A DNA stretch of 64,000 bases from an uncultured Actinomycetota bacterium. Its GTDB lineage: Bacteria; Actinomycetota; Actinomycetes; Actinomycetales; Microbacteriaceae. The translations under genes and the position numbers were made by a program. The stretch is from NCBI GenBank assembly GCA_963772395.1, contig CAVYWV010000002.1, positions 1,342,845 through 1,406,844 of the forward strand. The letters are read 5' to 3'. The notes under the pieces were generated by a model, which was given only the letters and a program-made list of their open reading frames with translations, was not told the DNA's origin and made no database searches. This document shows, piece by piece, positions 1 through 11,973 of this stretch (within the stretch, counting starts at the first letter, position 1; every line of letters begins with the position of its first letter).

Positions 1-486
1 CGCCTTGGACAGCAGGCGGATGTTCTCGCCGATCGGCAGGCGGATGTCGACGACGCCGACGCCGGCGGGACCGGTGACGAGCTTGTCCATGTAGAAGACC
101 GTCGACGCGTCGAGCATGCTGCCGCGATCGGACACCGCGATCACCGAGAGCGCGTTCTGGCGTCCGGCGGCCGTCAGCGACGTTCCGTCGATCGGGTCGA
201 CCGCGACGTCGCACTGTGGTCCGCGGCCGTTGCCGACCTTCTCGCCGTTGAACAGCATGGGCGCTTCGTCCTTCTCGCCCTCGCCGATCACGATCGTGCC
301 GTCGAAGTTCACGGTCGTGAAGAACGCGCGCATCGCATCGACGGCGGCGGCATCGGCCGCGAGTTTGTCACCTCGTCCGATGAAGGGCACCGCGCGGATC
401 GCCGCGGCCTCGGTGGCGCGCACCAGCTCCAGCGCGAGGTTTCGGTCGGGATGCAGCGGACTCATGTCGGCGGTAAGACTCACCAT
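1..486 (-). CDS. glpX: Class II fructose-1,6-bisphosphatase (runs off window start)
   Basis: Manual translation from ATG at 486: [17 protein letters not shown]...[14 protein letters not shown]...[10 protein letters not shown]...FYMDKL, the GlpX signatures; divergent from fbaA. Confidence 0.95.
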   Translation of the reverse strand, partial: MVSLTADMSPLHPDRNLALELVRATEAAAIRAVPFIGRGDKLAADAAAVDAMRAFFTTVNFDGTIVIGEGEKDEAPMLFNGEKVGNGRGPQCDVAVDPIDGTSLTAAGRQNALSVIAVSDRGSMLDASTVFYMDKLVTGPAGVGVVDIRLPIGENIRLLSKA

Positions 487-670
487 GAGGTCAGCCTAGC
501 CACCGGGTTCGCGCGGGTTCGCGGATTCGCTCGTCTCGTGACCGGAAGGAATCGTGATTCTTGCGGCTGCGGTATGTCGTCCCTCCGCGTTGCCGCGGTG
601 CCGGCATCCCGCACGCGAGGCGCCCTTCGCTAGAGTGACGGGGAACCCTGCACACGACCAAGGAGCCGTC

Positions 671-1700
671 ATGCCCGTCGCCACCCCCGAGCAGTACGCC
701 GAGATGCTGGACCGCGCGAAGGCCGGAGGTTTCGCCTACCCCGCGTTCAACGCCTCCAGCTCGCAGAGCGTCAACGCGATCCTCCAGGGCCTGACCGAGG
801 CCGGATCCGACGGCATCATCCAGGTCACGACGGGCGGTGCGGACTACTTCGCCGGCCACACCGTCAAGGCCCGCGCGACCGGCGCCCTCGCCTTCGCGAA
901 GTTCGTCCACGAGGTCGCCAAGAGCTACCCGATCACGGTGGCGCTGCACACCGACCACTGCCCGAAGCCGGCGCTCGAGGACTTCGTGCTGCCGCTCATC
1001 GCCGAGTCCGAGAAGGTCGTCGCCGACGGCGGACAGCCCGATCTTCCAGTCGCACATGTGGGACGGCTCGGCCGTGCCACTCGATGAGAACATCGAGATC
1101 GCGCAGGAGCTCCTCCCCCGCCTCAAGGCGATCAACGCGATCCTCGAGGTCGAGATCGGCGTCGTCGGCGGCGAAGAGGACGGCGTGAAGCACGAAGGAT
1201 CGAACGAAGCGCTGTACACGACCGTCGCCGACGTCACGAAGGCCGTCGAGGGGCTCGGGCTCGGCGATAGCGGTCGATGGATCGCGGCTCTGACGTTCGG
1301 CAACGTCCACGGCGTCTACAAGCCGGGCAACGTCAAGCTGCGCCCTGAGCTGCTCGGCGAGATCCAGGAGGGCATCGCCGCCAAGTTCGGCACCGGACCG
1401 AAGCCGCTGGACCTCGTCTTCCACGGCGGCAGCGGCTCGACCGACGAGGAGATCGCGCTGGCGGTCGCGAACGGCGTCATCAAGATGAACATCGACACCG
1501 ACACGCAGTACGCCTTCACGCGTGCCGTCGCGGGATTCATGTTCAGCAACTACGACGGCGTCCTCAAGGTCGACGGCGAGGTGGGCAACAAGAAGGCCTA
1601 CGACCCGCGCGCCTGGGGCAAGGTCGCCGAGTCCGCGATGGCCGCTCGCGTCGTGCAGGCGACCCAGCAGCTCGGCTCGGCCGGCAAGTCCACCTCCTGA
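671..1700 (+). CDS. fbaA: Class II fructose-bisphosphate aldolase (frameshift near 1035)
   Basis: MPVATPEQYAEMLDRAKAGGFAYPAFN, ALHTDHC, then SHMWDGS, GNVHGVYKPG, VFHGGSG, KMNIDTD in a second frame; AGGAG RBS. Confidence 0.95.
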
Positions 1701-1720
1701 CACGACAGGCGAACGAACGG

Positions 1721-1747
1721 ATGCCTCGGCACTGGTGGCCGGGGCAT
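1721..1747. terminator. Hairpin between convergent fbaA and MOSC gene
   Basis: ATGCCTCGGC-actggtg-GCCGGGGCAT inverted repeat with one G:U pair. Confidence 0.45.
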
Positions 1748-1761
1748 TCGCGTTTCCGGCA

Positions 1762-2313
1762 CTATTCAGGGTCGATATAGGCGTCGAGCAGTCCGGGTGC
1801 GCCTTCCGGGCGCGAGAGCACCACGATCGGATCCCCCGCCTGCACGAATCCGTTGCGCACGACGCGCAGGTACGGCCCCAGGCGGCGTTCGCCCGAGAAG
1901 CGTTTGACCCAGCCTCGCTGGTCGGCACCGCCCACCCACCTCGCGAATGTCTGGCACGGCGTGCGCGGCATCGTCACCTCGACGGTGCAGACCTCTCCGA
2001 TGCGCCAGACCTCGCCGACCCGAGCGGCGTTCACGTCCATGCCCGTCGTTCGCAGGTTCTCACCGAAGAACCCGGGCGGCAGAGCGCGGCCGAGCTCGCC
2101 CTCCCAGAACGCGGCATCCTCGTCGGCATACGCGTAGAGCGCCTTGTCCAGGCCACCGTGGTGCTTGCGATCGGCCTGAACGTCCGCGCCGACGCCATAC
2201 CGGCCGATCCGCACCCGCCCGTCGAGGGCCCGCTTGTCGATCGCGGTCACGCGATCGCGGCCGCCGTCGGGGTGAAGTTCCGAGACGGCGCAGACGGCGA
2301 CGAGGCGAGGCAT
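1762..2313 (-). CDS. MOSC domain protein (YiiM-like)
   Basis: TAIDK, DVQADRKHHGG, FGENL, PRTPC, GPYLRVV..G.VQAGD motifs. Confidence 0.9.
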   Translation of the reverse strand: MPRLVAVCAVSELHPDGGRDRVTAIDKRALDGRVRIGRYGVGADVQADRKHHGGLDKALYAYADEDAAFWEGELGRALPPGFFGENLRTTGMDVNAARVGEVWRIGEVCTVEVTMPRTPCQTFARWVGGADQRGWVKRFSGERRLGPYLRVVRNGFVQAGDPIVVLSRPEGAPGLLDAYIDPE

Positions 2314-2345
2314 CCGGTCATCCTATGACGACCCGCCCGCCCGTC

Positions 2346-3053
2346 TCAGCCGTCGAGTTCGTACCTCATGAGCAGCCGACCGGAATCGACCGACCGGATC
2401 TCGACCGCGGAGATCTCGGAGATGCTCAGAGCCGTGCCCGCACTGAGACGCGCGGTCGCGCCGGGAAGAGCCTGCCACGTCGAGACGTTCGTCGACTCGC
2501 CGTCGGTATCCACCACTGCGAGCGCGTACGGCCACCCCTCGGCGGGCGCATCCGCGTCGGATGCAGGCGCGTACCGGCAATCCAGGTCGATGCGCGTTCC
2601 CCAGCCCACGGACGAGAGCCGCACGTCGGCTTCCAGCGACACGTCGGCGACCGCTTCCAGCGCGAACGACGCGGTCGGCGCGCTGCGCCCCAGCGTGACG
2701 GGGATCGCGATGGCCGCGACCACCACGACGGCCGCCGCGGCTGAGGCGAGCCACCAGGTGCGGCGACGGCGCAGTGCCCGGCGTTCGCCGAGGGAGATCA
2801 CCTCCGCACGCACGGCCGAGTCCGGACCATCCATGTCGACCTGTCCGTCCGTCAGGGCGGCATCGATGCTCGCCGCCCGCTCGGGACTCACTCGCGAGAG
2901 CAGTCCTATGGTCGGGCTGAGTTCCGCCACGGCGCGCCGGCATTCGGGGCAGTCGGCGAGGTGACCCTCGAACCGACGTCGTTCGGCCGAGGACAGCGCC
3001 CCGACGACGTAGGCGGCGTCCCACTCGGCCAAGTCCGCGTGATCGGGATTCAT
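2346..3053 (-). CDS. Zinc-finger (ZAS) membrane anti-sigma factor, RslA-like
   Basis: AAYVVGAL...FEGHLADCPEC (HxxxCxxC), one TM segment, extracytoplasmic domain; overlaps sigma stop. Confidence 0.9.
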   Translation of the reverse strand: MNPDHADLAEWDAAYVVGALSSAERRRFEGHLADCPECRRAVAELSPTIGLLSRVSPERAASIDAALTDGQVDMDGPDSAVRAEVISLGERRALRRRRTWWLASAAAAVVVVAAIAIPVTLGRSAPTASFALEAVADVSLEADVRLSSVGWGTRIDLDCRYAPASDADAPAEGWPYALAVVDTDGESTNVSTWQALPGATARLSAGTALSISEISAVEIRSVDSGRLLMRYELDG

Positions 3054-3556
3054 CGCGTCACCCCTCTCTCCTGGAGTGCCAGGCGCATCGCGCGCAGTCC
3101 GTAGTGCAATCGCGATTTCACGGTCCCCTCCGGGACAGCGAGCTCGGCCGCGCTCTGCGCGACGCTGCGACCCTCGTAGTACGCGCGGACGATGACGGCG
3201 CGGTGGTCCGCGCTCAGCGTCGCGAGCGCCTCCTCGATGAGCAGGGCCTCGAACAGCGCGTCGGTGTCGTCAGCGCCGACCCGCTCGGGAACGTCGGCGA
3301 CCACGCTCTCATGGCGCCGCCGGGCGCTGCGGGCCTCGTCGATCACGAGGTTGCGGGCGACGGTCATCATCCAGGAGCGCATCGTCGCCGGGTCCTGAGC
3401 CAGGATCCGCGGATTGCGCCATGCCCGCAGCAGAGTCTCCTGCACGACGTCGTCGGCGCCGGCGCGGTCGCCCGTCAGGCGGACGACGTAGCGCCACACC
3501 GGCCCGGCGTGGGCGTCGTAGAGGGCGCCCAGGCGCGCACCATCGTCCCCGGGCAT
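3050..3556 (-). CDS. ECF sigma-70 factor, SigL/ECF17-like
   Basis: ADDVVQETLLRAW, W..TVARNLVID, EGTVKSRLHYGLR; GAGGAGG RBS before ATG 3556. Confidence 0.92.
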   Translation of the reverse strand: MPGDDGARLGALYDAHAGPVWRYVVRLTGDRAGADDVVQETLLRAWRNPRILAQDPATMRSWMMTVARNLVIDEARSARRRHESVVADVPERVGADDTDALFEALLIEEALATLSADHRAVIVRAYYEGRSVAQSAAELAVPEGTVKSRLHYGLRAMRLALQERGVTR

Positions 3557-3578
3557 CCCGCACCTCCTCACTGAGGAC

Positions 3579-3603
3579 ACGAGAACGATGCCGGCCGAGT
3601 TCA
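3579..3603 (-). promoter_or_regulatory. ECF17/SigL-type autoregulatory promoter of the sigma/anti-sigma operon
   Basis: Minus strand TGAACT-N16-CGT just upstream of the sigma RBS. Confidence 0.65.
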
Positions 3604-3610
3604 CCCAGGA

Positions 3611-3636
3611 TGAACCTCGCGCGGCGCTCCTTCGTT
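3611..3636 (+). promoter_or_regulatory. ECF17/SigL-type promoter of the DUF2231 gene
   Basis: TGAACC-N16-CGTT, 8 nt upstream of ATG 3645. Confidence 0.7.
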
Positions 3637-3644
3637 CTCACAGT

Positions 3645-4142
3645 ATGAACGCACTGCAATCGGCGGGCACCCTGCAGGTCGGCGGGCTGCCGCTTCATCC
3701 CCTGATCGTGCATGTGACCGTGGTCCTGGTGCCGCTGACCGCGCTGGCGATCGTTCTCGGCACGCTCTGGCCGGCGGCCAGACGGCGGCTGGGCGTCGTC
3801 ACTCCGCTTGCGGCGCTCGTGCTCGTGATCCTCGTACCCATCACGGTCGCCGCGGGGCAGTCTCTCGAGAAGGTGGTCGGCGAACGACCCGGCGTGCTGC
3901 ACCACGCCTCGCTCGGCGGGATGCTGCTTCCGTGGGTGATCGCGATGTTCGTCGCGAGCGCCGCGCAGTGGGCGTGGTACCGCTGGGGCGTGCCGCGTGC
4001 CACCGTCGAGCACGCGGGACGGACCACCGCGATCTCGGTCGTGATCGGGGTCGTTGCCGTCATCGCGGCGGTCGGCGCCGTGGTGATGGTCGTTCTGATC
4101 GGCGAGTCCGGCGCCCGCGCGGTATGGGGAGAACTCGCGTGA
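3645..4142 (+). CDS. DUF2231-like multi-TM membrane protein
   Basis: GLPLHPLIVH start motif, HASLG, terminal GESGARAVW; about 4 TM segments. Confidence 0.8.
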   Translation: MNALQSAGTLQVGGLPLHPLIVHVTVVLVPLTALAIVLGTLWPAARRRLGVVTPLAALVLVILVPITVAAGQSLEKVVGERPGVLHHASLGGMLLPWVIAMFVASAAQWAWYRWGVPRATVEHAGRTTAISVVIGVVAVIAAVGAVVMVVLIGESGARAVWGELA

Positions 4143-4377
4143 ACCACGCCACTCGATGCGCGGAGCCGGTCCCGGCATCCTGCGGAGAACATCCTGGATG
4201 TGCGGATGGGTGGCACGTCACTCGTGTCGATGAGCGCGCCGGACTGCTGGAGTTCGTGTTCCGATTCACGGACGAGAACGGTGTGTCGCGGCAGGGCCTG
4301 GAGCAGTCACTCGACAAGCTCACCCCGCTGTTCTCCGGCGGAGTCGCCGTTCTTCAGATCTCAGACGCCGCGTGGAG

Positions 4378-4989
4378 TCAGCGCACGCTGTCGAGGATCG
4401 CGTTCCACAGTGCAGGGTCCGACACGATCGGGACCATCAGCACGACGCCGGAGACGAAGGTGAAGACGATGCCCGCGACCAGGGGAATCCACCACGTGAT
4501 GCGGCCTCGGGCGAGGCTGCGCCAAGAGAGATACGCCGTCAGCATCCAGCCGATCGCAAGAACGAGCGCGGCGGCGATCCCCCACGGTCGACCGGCCGCC
4601 GGATCCGCGAGTTCTCCGTCGACGCCCATCAGGCTCAGCACAGTGCTCACGTAGGCGCCGTAGTCGATCATGCTGGGGATGCCGGTCACGACGTTCACGA
4701 GCCCATAGACCAGCAGCGCGATCGTCACCACGCGGTCGGCGAAGCGTCCGCGCGTCATGGTCCCGCCCACCGGCTTGGCTGCAGGCGGCTTGGTGGCAAG
4801 CGACGGGGAGTCGGCGGGCACGGCTCCGTGCAGTGCGTCCGGATCCTGTCCGGTCTCGAGCAGCCGCGTCAGATCGGGTTGCTTGATGCGCGCGCGCTGC
4901 TCCTCAGGGGTCGCATACTCGCCGTATTGCGGCCTGGGTCGCAATTCATCGGCACCGTGCGGCCTGGGTCGGTCCGCGGGATCGCTCAT
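4378..4989 (-). CDS. Membrane protein (DUF6264-like)
   Basis: [20 protein letters not shown]-terminus, 3 TM segments; overlaps ispH stop. Confidence 0.75.
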   Translation of the reverse strand: MSDPADRPRPHGADELRPRPQYGEYATPEEQRARIKQPDLTRLLETGQDPDALHGAVPADSPSLATKPPAAKPVGGTMTRGRFADRVVTIALLVYGLVNVVTGIPSMIDYGAYVSTVLSLMGVDGELADPAAGRPWGIAAALVLAIGWMLTAYLSWRSLARGRITWWIPLVAGIVFTFVSGVVLMVPIVSDPALWNAILDSVR

Positions 4990-6047
4990 TCGCCGGTCCG
5001 TCCGCCGAGAGCCCGCTCGTCACGTCTTCCCGCGGCGTCCTGTCTCAGTTCCTTCGGAAGGGAGAACATCAGGTCCTCTTGCGCGGTCTTCACTTCCTCG
5101 ACATCCCGGTAGCCCGCGTCGGCGAGGTCGGCGAGCACCTCCTGCACCAGCACCTCGGGAACCGACGCACCGCTGGTCACCCCGACCGTCTCGACGCCGT
5201 CGAACCACTCCTGCTGGACCTCGTGGGAGTAGTCGACGCGGTATGCCGCTTTCGCGCCGTATTCCAGCGCGACCTCGACGAGCCGCACGCTGTTCGACGA
5301 GTTCGCCGATCCGACCACGATCACCAGGTCGGCATCCTTCGCGACCTTCTTGATCGCGACCTGGCGGTTCTGAGTGGCATAGCAGATGTCGTCGGACGGC
5401 GGGTCCTGCAGCTGCGGGAACCGTTCGCGCAGGCGGCGCACGGTCTCCATGGTCTCGTCGACCGACAGCGTCGTCTGCGACAGCCACACGACCTTGGACG
5501 GGTCGCGCACCTCGACGGTGTCGGCGTGCTCGGGCGAGTTGACGACGGTGACGTGCTCCGGCGCCTCGCCGGCCGTGCCCTCGACCTCTTCGTGGCCCTC
5601 GTGGCCGATCAGCAGGATCTCGAAGTCGTCGCGCGCGAATCGGACCGCCTCGCGGTGCACTTTCGTCACGAGCGGGCAGGTCGCGTCGATCGCCTGAAGA
5701 CCGCGATCGGATGCGGCCGACACGACGGCCGGCGAGACGCCGTGCGCGCTGAAGACGACGTGAGCGCCTTCGGGGACCTCGTCGACCTCGTCGACGAAGA
5801 CGGCGCCCGCCGCTTCGAGTTCGGTCACGACATGGATGTTGTGCACGATCTGCTTGCGCACGTATACCGGCGCGCCGAAGCGCTCGAGCGCCTTCTCGAC
5901 GGCGATCACCGCGCGATCGACACCGGCGCAATACCCGCGCGGAGCCGCCAGCAGCACCTTCTTCTGTCCGGAGACGGGGATATCCTGGAGGCGCTCGCGC
6001 CGCCGCGGAACGCGGGGGACGGGCATACGGACAGCCGAAGTGCTCAC
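4986..6047 (-). CDS. ispH: 4-hydroxy-3-methylbut-2-enyl diphosphate reductase
   Basis: [48 protein letters not shown]. Confidence 0.97.
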   Translation of the reverse strand: MSTSAVRMPVPRVPRRRERLQDIPVSGQKKVLLAAPRGYCAGVDRAVIAVEKALERFGAPVYVRKQIVHNIHVVTELEAAGAVFVDEVDEVPEGAHVVFSAHGVSPAVVSAASDRGLQAIDATCPLVTKVHREAVRFARDDFEILLIGHEGHEEVEGTAGEAPEHVTVVNSPEHADTVEVRDPSKVVWLSQTTLSVDETMETVRRLRERFPQLQDPPSDDICYATQNRQVAIKKVAKDADLVIVVGSANSSNSVRLVEVALEYGAKAAYRVDYSHEVQQEWFDGVETVGVTSGASVPEVLVQEVLADLADAGYRDVEEVKTAQEDLMFSLPKELRQDAAGRRDERALGGRTGE

Positions 6048-6145
6048 ACCCCTGAGTCTACGGGGGCGGCCTGTACACGGGCCGTACAGGCGGCCGCCCC
6101 CGGATTGCGCGGATCCGCGCGGCCCGGCCGAAACGAAAGGACCGG

Positions 6146-7420
6146 ATGACGACGTTCCAGGCGGACCCCGTCCCCGGCCAGCCCCCGCCCCCCGACTCCG
6201 TGCGCCCCCGCGAATCGACCTCGGAGGCCCCGACGTCGGTCGCCCGCCTCAACGACACGATCCGCGGATTCATCGAGACCTGGGGCTCGGTGTGGGTCGA
6301 AGGCGAGATCACCTCGTGGAACGAGCGGACCGGCAACGTCTTCGGCCGTATGAAGGACCTCGCGACCGACGCCACCATCTCGTTCCGCATCTGGTCGAGC
6401 ACTCGGCAGCGACTGCCCGCCGACCTGTCGGTCGGCGACCACGTGATCGCGTGCGTGAAGGCGGACTACTTCATCAAGTCCGGCGACTTCAGCTTCTCCG
6501 TCTCGTCGATGCGCCACGTCGGACTCGGCGACCAGCTCGAGAAGCTCGAGCGCCTGCGGGCGAAACTGCGCGCCGAGGGCCTGTTCGACGCCCGACGGAA
6601 GAGACCGCTCCCGTTCCTCCCCCACGTCATCGGTCTGATCACCGGCGAGAAGTCCGATGCCGAGAAGGACGTCCGCCACAACGCCGAGCTGCGCTGGCCG
6701 CACGTGCGGTTCCGCACCGCCTACGCATCTGTTCAGGGCGACCGCTGCGTGCCCGAGACGATCGGAGCGCTCAAGGCTCTCGACGCCGACCCGAACGTCG
6801 ATGTGATCGTCATCGCCCGCGGCGGAGGCGACCCGCAGCACCTGCTGGGCTTCAGCGACGAGCGTCTGCTGCGGGCCGTGGCCGCGGCATCCACCCCGGT
6901 CGTCAGCGCGATCGGCCACGAGAACGACCATCCGCTTCTGGACGATGTCGCCGACCTGCGCGCCTCGACGCCGACCGACGCCGCCAAGCGCATCGTGCCC
7001 GACGTGGTGGAGCAGCGTGCGGACATCGCGCAGCTGCGATCGCGGCTGACGATGCGTCTCTCCCAGCGCGTGGGCCACGACATCGCGCAGCTCGAGCAGC
7101 TGCGCTCGCGTCCGGTGCTCCGCACGCCCGAGACGATGATCGACGCACGTTCGCAGCAGCAATGGCTGCTGGTGGCACGCGGACGCGAGGTGGTCGATCG
7201 TCAGCTGGAGTCGCAGAGTCGCAGGGCGGCAGAACTGCGCGCGGCGCTGCGAACTCTCTCGCCGGCATCCACCCTGGCCCGGGGGTACGCGATCGCCCAT
7301 CTCACCGACGGCGTGATCGTGCGCGATGCCGAACAGGCCAAGGCGGGCGCCGCCGTGATCGTCACGGTCGGACGCGGGTCGTTCGCGGCACGCTCCGACG
7401 GGCCGATTCCGGAGCCGTAG
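6146..7420 (+). CDS. xseA: Exodeoxyribonuclease VII large subunit
   Basis: [44 protein letters not shown]. Confidence 0.97.
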   Translation: MTTFQADPVPGQPPPPDSVRPRESTSEAPTSVARLNDTIRGFIETWGSVWVEGEITSWNERTGNVFGRMKDLATDATISFRIWSSTRQRLPADLSVGDHVIACVKADYFIKSGDFSFSVSSMRHVGLGDQLEKLERLRAKLRAEGLFDARRKRPLPFLPHVIGLITGEKSDAEKDVRHNAELRWPHVRFRTAYASVQGDRCVPETIGALKALDADPNVDVIVIARGGGDPQHLLGFSDERLLRAVAAASTPVVSAIGHENDHPLLDDVADLRASTPTDAAKRIVPDVVEQRADIAQLRSRLTMRLSQRVGHDIAQLEQLRSRPVLRTPETMIDARSQQQWLLVARGREVVDRQLESQSRRAAELRAALRTLSPASTLARGYAIAHLTDGVIVRDAEQAKAGAAVIVTVGRGSFAARSDGPIPEP

Positions 7421-7441
7421 AGCCAACCTAGAATGGAAGAC

Positions 7442-7684
7442 ATGAGCGCATCGAGCGAAGGCGTCGCCGACGTCGCGAGCCTCTCGTTCGAGCAGGCACG
7501 CGACGAACTCGTGCGCGTGGTGGCCGAACTCGAGCAGGGCGCACCGACCCTCGAGCACTCGCTCGCACTGTGGGAGCGCGGCGAGGCCCTCGCCGCGCGC
7601 TGCGAGGAGTGGCTCCTCGGCGCCAAGCGCCGCCTCGAAGCCGCGCGCGGCGACCCCCACCGCCGAGAGCGCGAGACGTCCTGA
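7442..7684 (+). CDS. xseB: Exodeoxyribonuclease VII small subunit
   Basis: [34 protein letters not shown]. Confidence 0.95.
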   Translation: MSASSEGVADVASLSFEQARDELVRVVAELEQGAPTLEHSLALWERGEALAARCEEWLLGAKRRLEAARGDPHRRERETS

Positions 7685-8339
7685 TGGCGCAGAATCCCCG
7701 GATCGTCGCCGAGCTCGGGCGCCCTGAGACGCCTGATGAGACCGCCTCCCGCAAGGCGGAGTCCTCGCGCATCTATCGGTCGAGCCAGAACACCCGCAAC
7801 CTCATCGCCGCCCTGCTGGTGACACTCGCCGTCGTCGCGGTCATCATCTTCGCGGTTCCGCGCGGCGCACCTCCCGCGGCCGAGCCCATCGACGTCGCGG
7901 CTGTCGCGCAATCGATCTCCAGCGCCGAAGGACGCACCGTGCTCGTACCCGAGGTCCCCGAGGAGTGGCTCGTCAACCGCGCGTCGATCGAGGGTGACTC
8001 CACGGCCGCGTGGACGATCGTCTACGTACCCGACGAGACGTCCGGCTTCCTCCGAGTCGCTCAGGGATTCGACGCCGACCCGGCGTGGACGACGCGAGTC
8101 CTCAGCGGCGCGTCCGTGGACGGCACGGTGACGATCGGCGGAGTCGAGTGGGATCGTACGACATTCCCGACCCGTCGCGGGCGGGCAACGTCTCGGCCGC
8201 CCTCAGCACCCAGGCCGGCGACGACATCGTGCTGGTCTACGGCTCGACCGACGACGCGACGCTCGAATTGGCGGCAGCCTCGGTCGCCGACCAGATCCTC
8301 CGGCTCCGCGCAGAAGCACCCGGCGAGGAGGCCCCGTGA
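7684..8339 (+). CDS. DUF4245 family membrane-anchored protein (frameshift near 8157)
   Basis: RIVAELGRPETPDE, TM helix, VPEEWLVNRAS; C-terminus in second frame; typical position after xseB. Confidence 0.75.
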
Positions 8340-8986
8340 CCGCGCCGACGCCGCTCAAGGCGTGGCAGGAGATGCAGCGCGGCAACGCCCGTTTCGTCGC
8401 GGGTGAGCCTCGCCACCCTCGTCAGGACGTCGAGCGCCGCGCCGAACTTGCTCTGGGCCAACGTCCTCGCGCGGCCCTGTTCGGCTGCTCGGATTCGCGC
8501 CTGTCGGCAGAGATCATCTTCGACAAGGGACTCGGCGACCTGTTCGTCGTCCGCAATGCCGGCCAGGTCATCTCCGACTCGGTCGTGGGCAGTCTCGAGT
8601 ACGCGGTCGCGGTGCTCGGGGTGCCACTGATCATCGTGCTGGGTCACGACGCCTGCGGCGCGGTGGATGCCGCCATCCGCAGCGTCGACGCCGACGCGCC
8701 GGCCCTCCCGCCGCACATCTGGCGGCAGATCGCCCCGATCGTGCCGGCCGTGCGCCGGGTGCGGCGCGAGACGACAGTCGACGGCGCGCCGCCCGCTGAC
8801 ATCGACGCCGACCTCGTCGGCCGTGAGCACCTGCGCGACACCGTCGCGGACCTGCTCCACTCGTCGGAGCTGATCAGCGAGGCCGTTGCGGACGGCACTC
8901 TCGCGATCGTGGGCGCGAACTACCGGCTGGCCGAGGGCACGGCTGTGCCCGACATCATCCTGGGCGTCGTGAACGACGACGCCTGA
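8336..8986 (+). CDS. Beta-class carbonic anhydrase
   Basis: [29 protein letters not shown] zinc-ligand motifs. Confidence 0.95.
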   Translation: MTAPTPLKAWQEMQRGNARFVAGEPRHPRQDVERRAELALGQRPRAALFGCSDSRLSAEIIFDKGLGDLFVVRNAGQVISDSVVGSLEYAVAVLGVPLIIVLGHDACGAVDAAIRSVDADAPALPPHIWRQIAPIVPAVRRVRRETTVDGAPPADIDADLVGREHLRDTVADLLHSSELISEAVADGTLAIVGANYRLAEGTAVPDIILGVVNDDA

Positions 8987-9015
8987 GTAATCCCGACCTC
9001 TGGAGGAACGACGAC

Positions 9016-10410
9016 GTGACCGACATCGAGTACCGCATCGAGCACGACACCATGGGTGAAGTGCGCGTGCCCCGGGATGCCCTGTACGCGGCGCAGACCC
9101 AGCGTGCGGTCGAGAACTTTCCGATCTCGGGCGACGCCCTCGACCCGGCTCAGATCGTCGCACTGGCGCGCATCAAGAAGGCCGCGGCCCTGGCGAACAA
9201 GGAGCTCGGCACCCTCGACGCGACGATCGCCGACGCGATCGCCCGCGCTGCCGACCGCATCATCGCCGGCGAGTATGCGGATCAGTTTCCGATCGACGTC
9301 TACCAGACCGGCAGCGGCACCTCCTCGAACATGAACATGAACGAGGTGCTCGCGACGCTGGCGTCGCGCGACCTCGGTTCGCTCGTGCACCCGAACGACC
9401 ACGTGAACGCGTCTCAGTCCTCGAACGACGTCTTCCCCACCTCCGTGCACATCGCCGTCACGCAGGAGCTCATCGACGACCTGATTCCCGCTCTCGACCA
9501 CCTCGCGGTCGCGTTCGAGGCGAAGGCGGAAGCGTGGAAGTCCGTGGTCAAGTCCGGGCGCACGCACCTCATGGACGCGACACCGGTGACCCTCGGCCAG
9601 GAGTTCGGGGGCTATGCACGCCAGATGCGTCTGGGCATCGAGCGCGTCCAGGCCGTGCTGTCACGTGTCGCCGAGGTTCCGCTCGGCGGAACGGCCGTCG
9701 GCACCGGCATCAACACTCCCCTGGGCTTCCCGCAGAAGGTCATCGAGCTCATCGTCTCCGACACCGAGCTGCCGATCACCGAGGCCAAGGACCACTTCGA
9801 GGCCCAGGCCAACCGCGACGGGCTCGTCGAGGCGTCCGGCGCACTCCGCACGATCGCGGTCTCGCTCACCAAGATCAACAACGACCTGCGATGGATGGGC
9901 TCCGGTCCCAACACCGGTCTCGGCGAGCTGCACATCCCCGACCTCCAGCCCGGCTCATCGATCATGCCCGGCAAGGTGAACCCGGTCGTGCCCGAAGCGA
10001 CCCTGATGGTGTGCGCGCGGGTGATCGGCAACGACGCGACGGTGGCGTGGGCGGGCGCCTCGGGCTCGTTCGAACTCAACGTGGCGATCCCGGTCATGGG
10101 AACGGCTGTGCTCGAGTCGATCCGTCTGCTCTCCAACACGACGCGGATCCTCGCCGACAAGACGATCGACGGACTCGAAGCGAACGTCGAGCGCGCAGCT
10201 GCGTACGCCGGCATGTCTCCGTCGATCGTCACACCGCTCAACAAGCTCATCGGCTACGAAGCGGCCGCCAAGATCGCCAAGCACTCGGTGGCCAAGGGCA
10301 TCACCGTGCGCGAAGCGGTGATCGACCTCGGCTACGTGGATCGTGGCGACATCACCCTCGCGCAGCTGGACGACAAGCTCGACCTGCTGTCGATGACCCG
10401 CCCGGGCTGA
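9016..10410 (+). CDS. fumC: Class II fumarate hydratase
   Basis: [42 protein letters not shown]. Confidence 0.97.
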   Translation: MTDIEYRIEHDTMGEVRVPRDALYAAQTQRAVENFPISGDALDPAQIVALARIKKAAALANKELGTLDATIADAIARAADRIIAGEYADQFPIDVYQTGSGTSSNMNMNEVLATLASRDLGSLVHPNDHVNASQSSNDVFPTSVHIAVTQELIDDLIPALDHLAVAFEAKAEAWKSVVKSGRTHLMDATPVTLGQEFGGYARQMRLGIERVQAVLSRVAEVPLGGTAVGTGINTPLGFPQKVIELIVSDTELPITEAKDHFEAQANRDGLVEASGALRTIAVSLTKINNDLRWMGSGPNTGLGELHIPDLQPGSSIMPGKVNPVVPEATLMVCARVIGNDATVAWAGASGSFELNVAIPVMGTAVLESIRLLSNTTRILADKTIDGLEANVERAAAYAGMSPSIVTPLNKLIGYEAAAKIAKHSVAKGITVREAVIDLGYVDRGDITLAQLDDKLDLLSMTRPG

Positions 10411-10456
10411 ACCGCCCGGCATTCCGCGAATGTCCCTCCGGCGCGATAATCGGGCG

Positions 10457-11973
10457 GTGACCCGCCCGTCCCGCCCTCTGTCGGCGCGCGCCCGCATCCT
10501 GGGCGCGATTCTGGCTGTGGCCTGCATCGGGCTGGCGATCGTGGGCAGCGTCACGTTCCTGGTGCAGCGCGAGCGCGTGATCACGGAGGTCAACGATCGC
10601 CTGCAACGCACAGGTCGAGCGTCTGGTCACGGTCGCCGGGGGCGGCTCACCGGCAACCGATGCCGACGACTCCGGCACGACCACGGCGAGCGAGGATCTG
10701 CGCATCGAGGACTTCACCTCGGTGAAGGAGTACCTGAGCGCCGTCGTCGCCCGACTGGTCCCCGCGCGCAACGAGGCCTCGCTCGCGATCATCGACGGCG
10801 CAGCGCGCTATCGACCGGCCACGCTGTCGGGGTTCGACATCTCCGGGAATCAGCAGCTCATCGACCGCGTGATCGCCGAGACGGCCGACGGCCAGACCAA
10901 GATCGGCACCGCGGTGACCGATCAGGGGTCGCTGAGGTACATCGCGATCCCGGTGGTGAAGATCGGCGACCCGCAGACCGGCATCTACGTGCGGGCCATC
11001 GATCTCGGAGCGGAGCTCAGCCCGGTGACGGCTGCGATCACCACGTATTCGATCGCCGCGATCCTGGTGCTGGCCGCGATCGGGTTCGTCGGCTGGTTCG
11101 TCGCCGGTCGTCTGCTGTCGCCGATTCGCGACCTGCGCGACGCCGCGGACGCCATCACCCTCGATGACATGTCTCCGCGTCTCTCGCCGCAGGGCAACGA
11201 CGACATCTCCGATCTGACGCGCACGGTCAACTCGATGCTCGACCGGCTGGAAGGTTCGGTCGATGTTCAGCGACAGCTGCTCGACGACGTCCGCCACGAA
11301 CTCAAGACGCCGATCACGATCGTGCGCGGTCACCTGGAGCTGATGGATCCGTCCGACTCCGCCGACGTCGCCGCAACGCGCGAGATCGGCATCGCCGAGC
11401 TGGACCGCATGACCCGGCTCGTGGATGACATCGACCTGCTGGCGACGGTCGAGGGTGACGCCTTCTCGATGGTGGAGGTCGACCTCGGCGCACTGACGGC
11501 TCGGGTGGGCGAGCTCGTCGCCGTCATCCCCGATCACTCATGGAGCGTCGAGTCGGTGGCCGAAGGGCACATCGAGGGCGATTCGGACCGGCTTGCTGCA
11601 GGCGTGGCTCCAGCTCGCCGACAACGCGGCCAAGTACACGCCCGCGGGCGGCGCCATCCAGCTCGGCAGCACGCTGAACTCGTCGGGCGCTCAGCTGTGG
11701 GTGGCAGACCAGGGTCCGGGCATTCCTCCCGCCTCCCGCCATCGCATCTTCCGCCGCTTCGACCGTGCGCACGGCAAGCGCTCGGTCGGCGGCTCCGGTC
11801 TGGGCCTTGCAATCGTCGATGCGATCGCGAAGGGCCATGGCGGGCAGTGCGTCGTGACCGACACCCCCGGCGGTGGCGCGACGTTCACGATCCACCTGCC
11901 CCTGCCGACCGCCGAGCTGCCCGCACCCGTGCGCGCGGGCGACGTCGTGCTGCAGCGAGAGGCCGCCGGATGA
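10457..11973 (+). CDS. HAMP-domain sensor histidine kinase (frameshifts near 10610 and 11595)
   Basis: Two TM segments, HAMP, H-box DVRHELKTP, DNAAKYT, D.GPGI, GSGLGLAIV. Confidence 0.9.

Noticed and set aside
6064-6100. Hairpin between divergent ispH and xseA as a riboswitch
   Set aside because: Short imperfect inverted repeat in a 98-bp divergent promoter gap with no recognisable aptamer motifs
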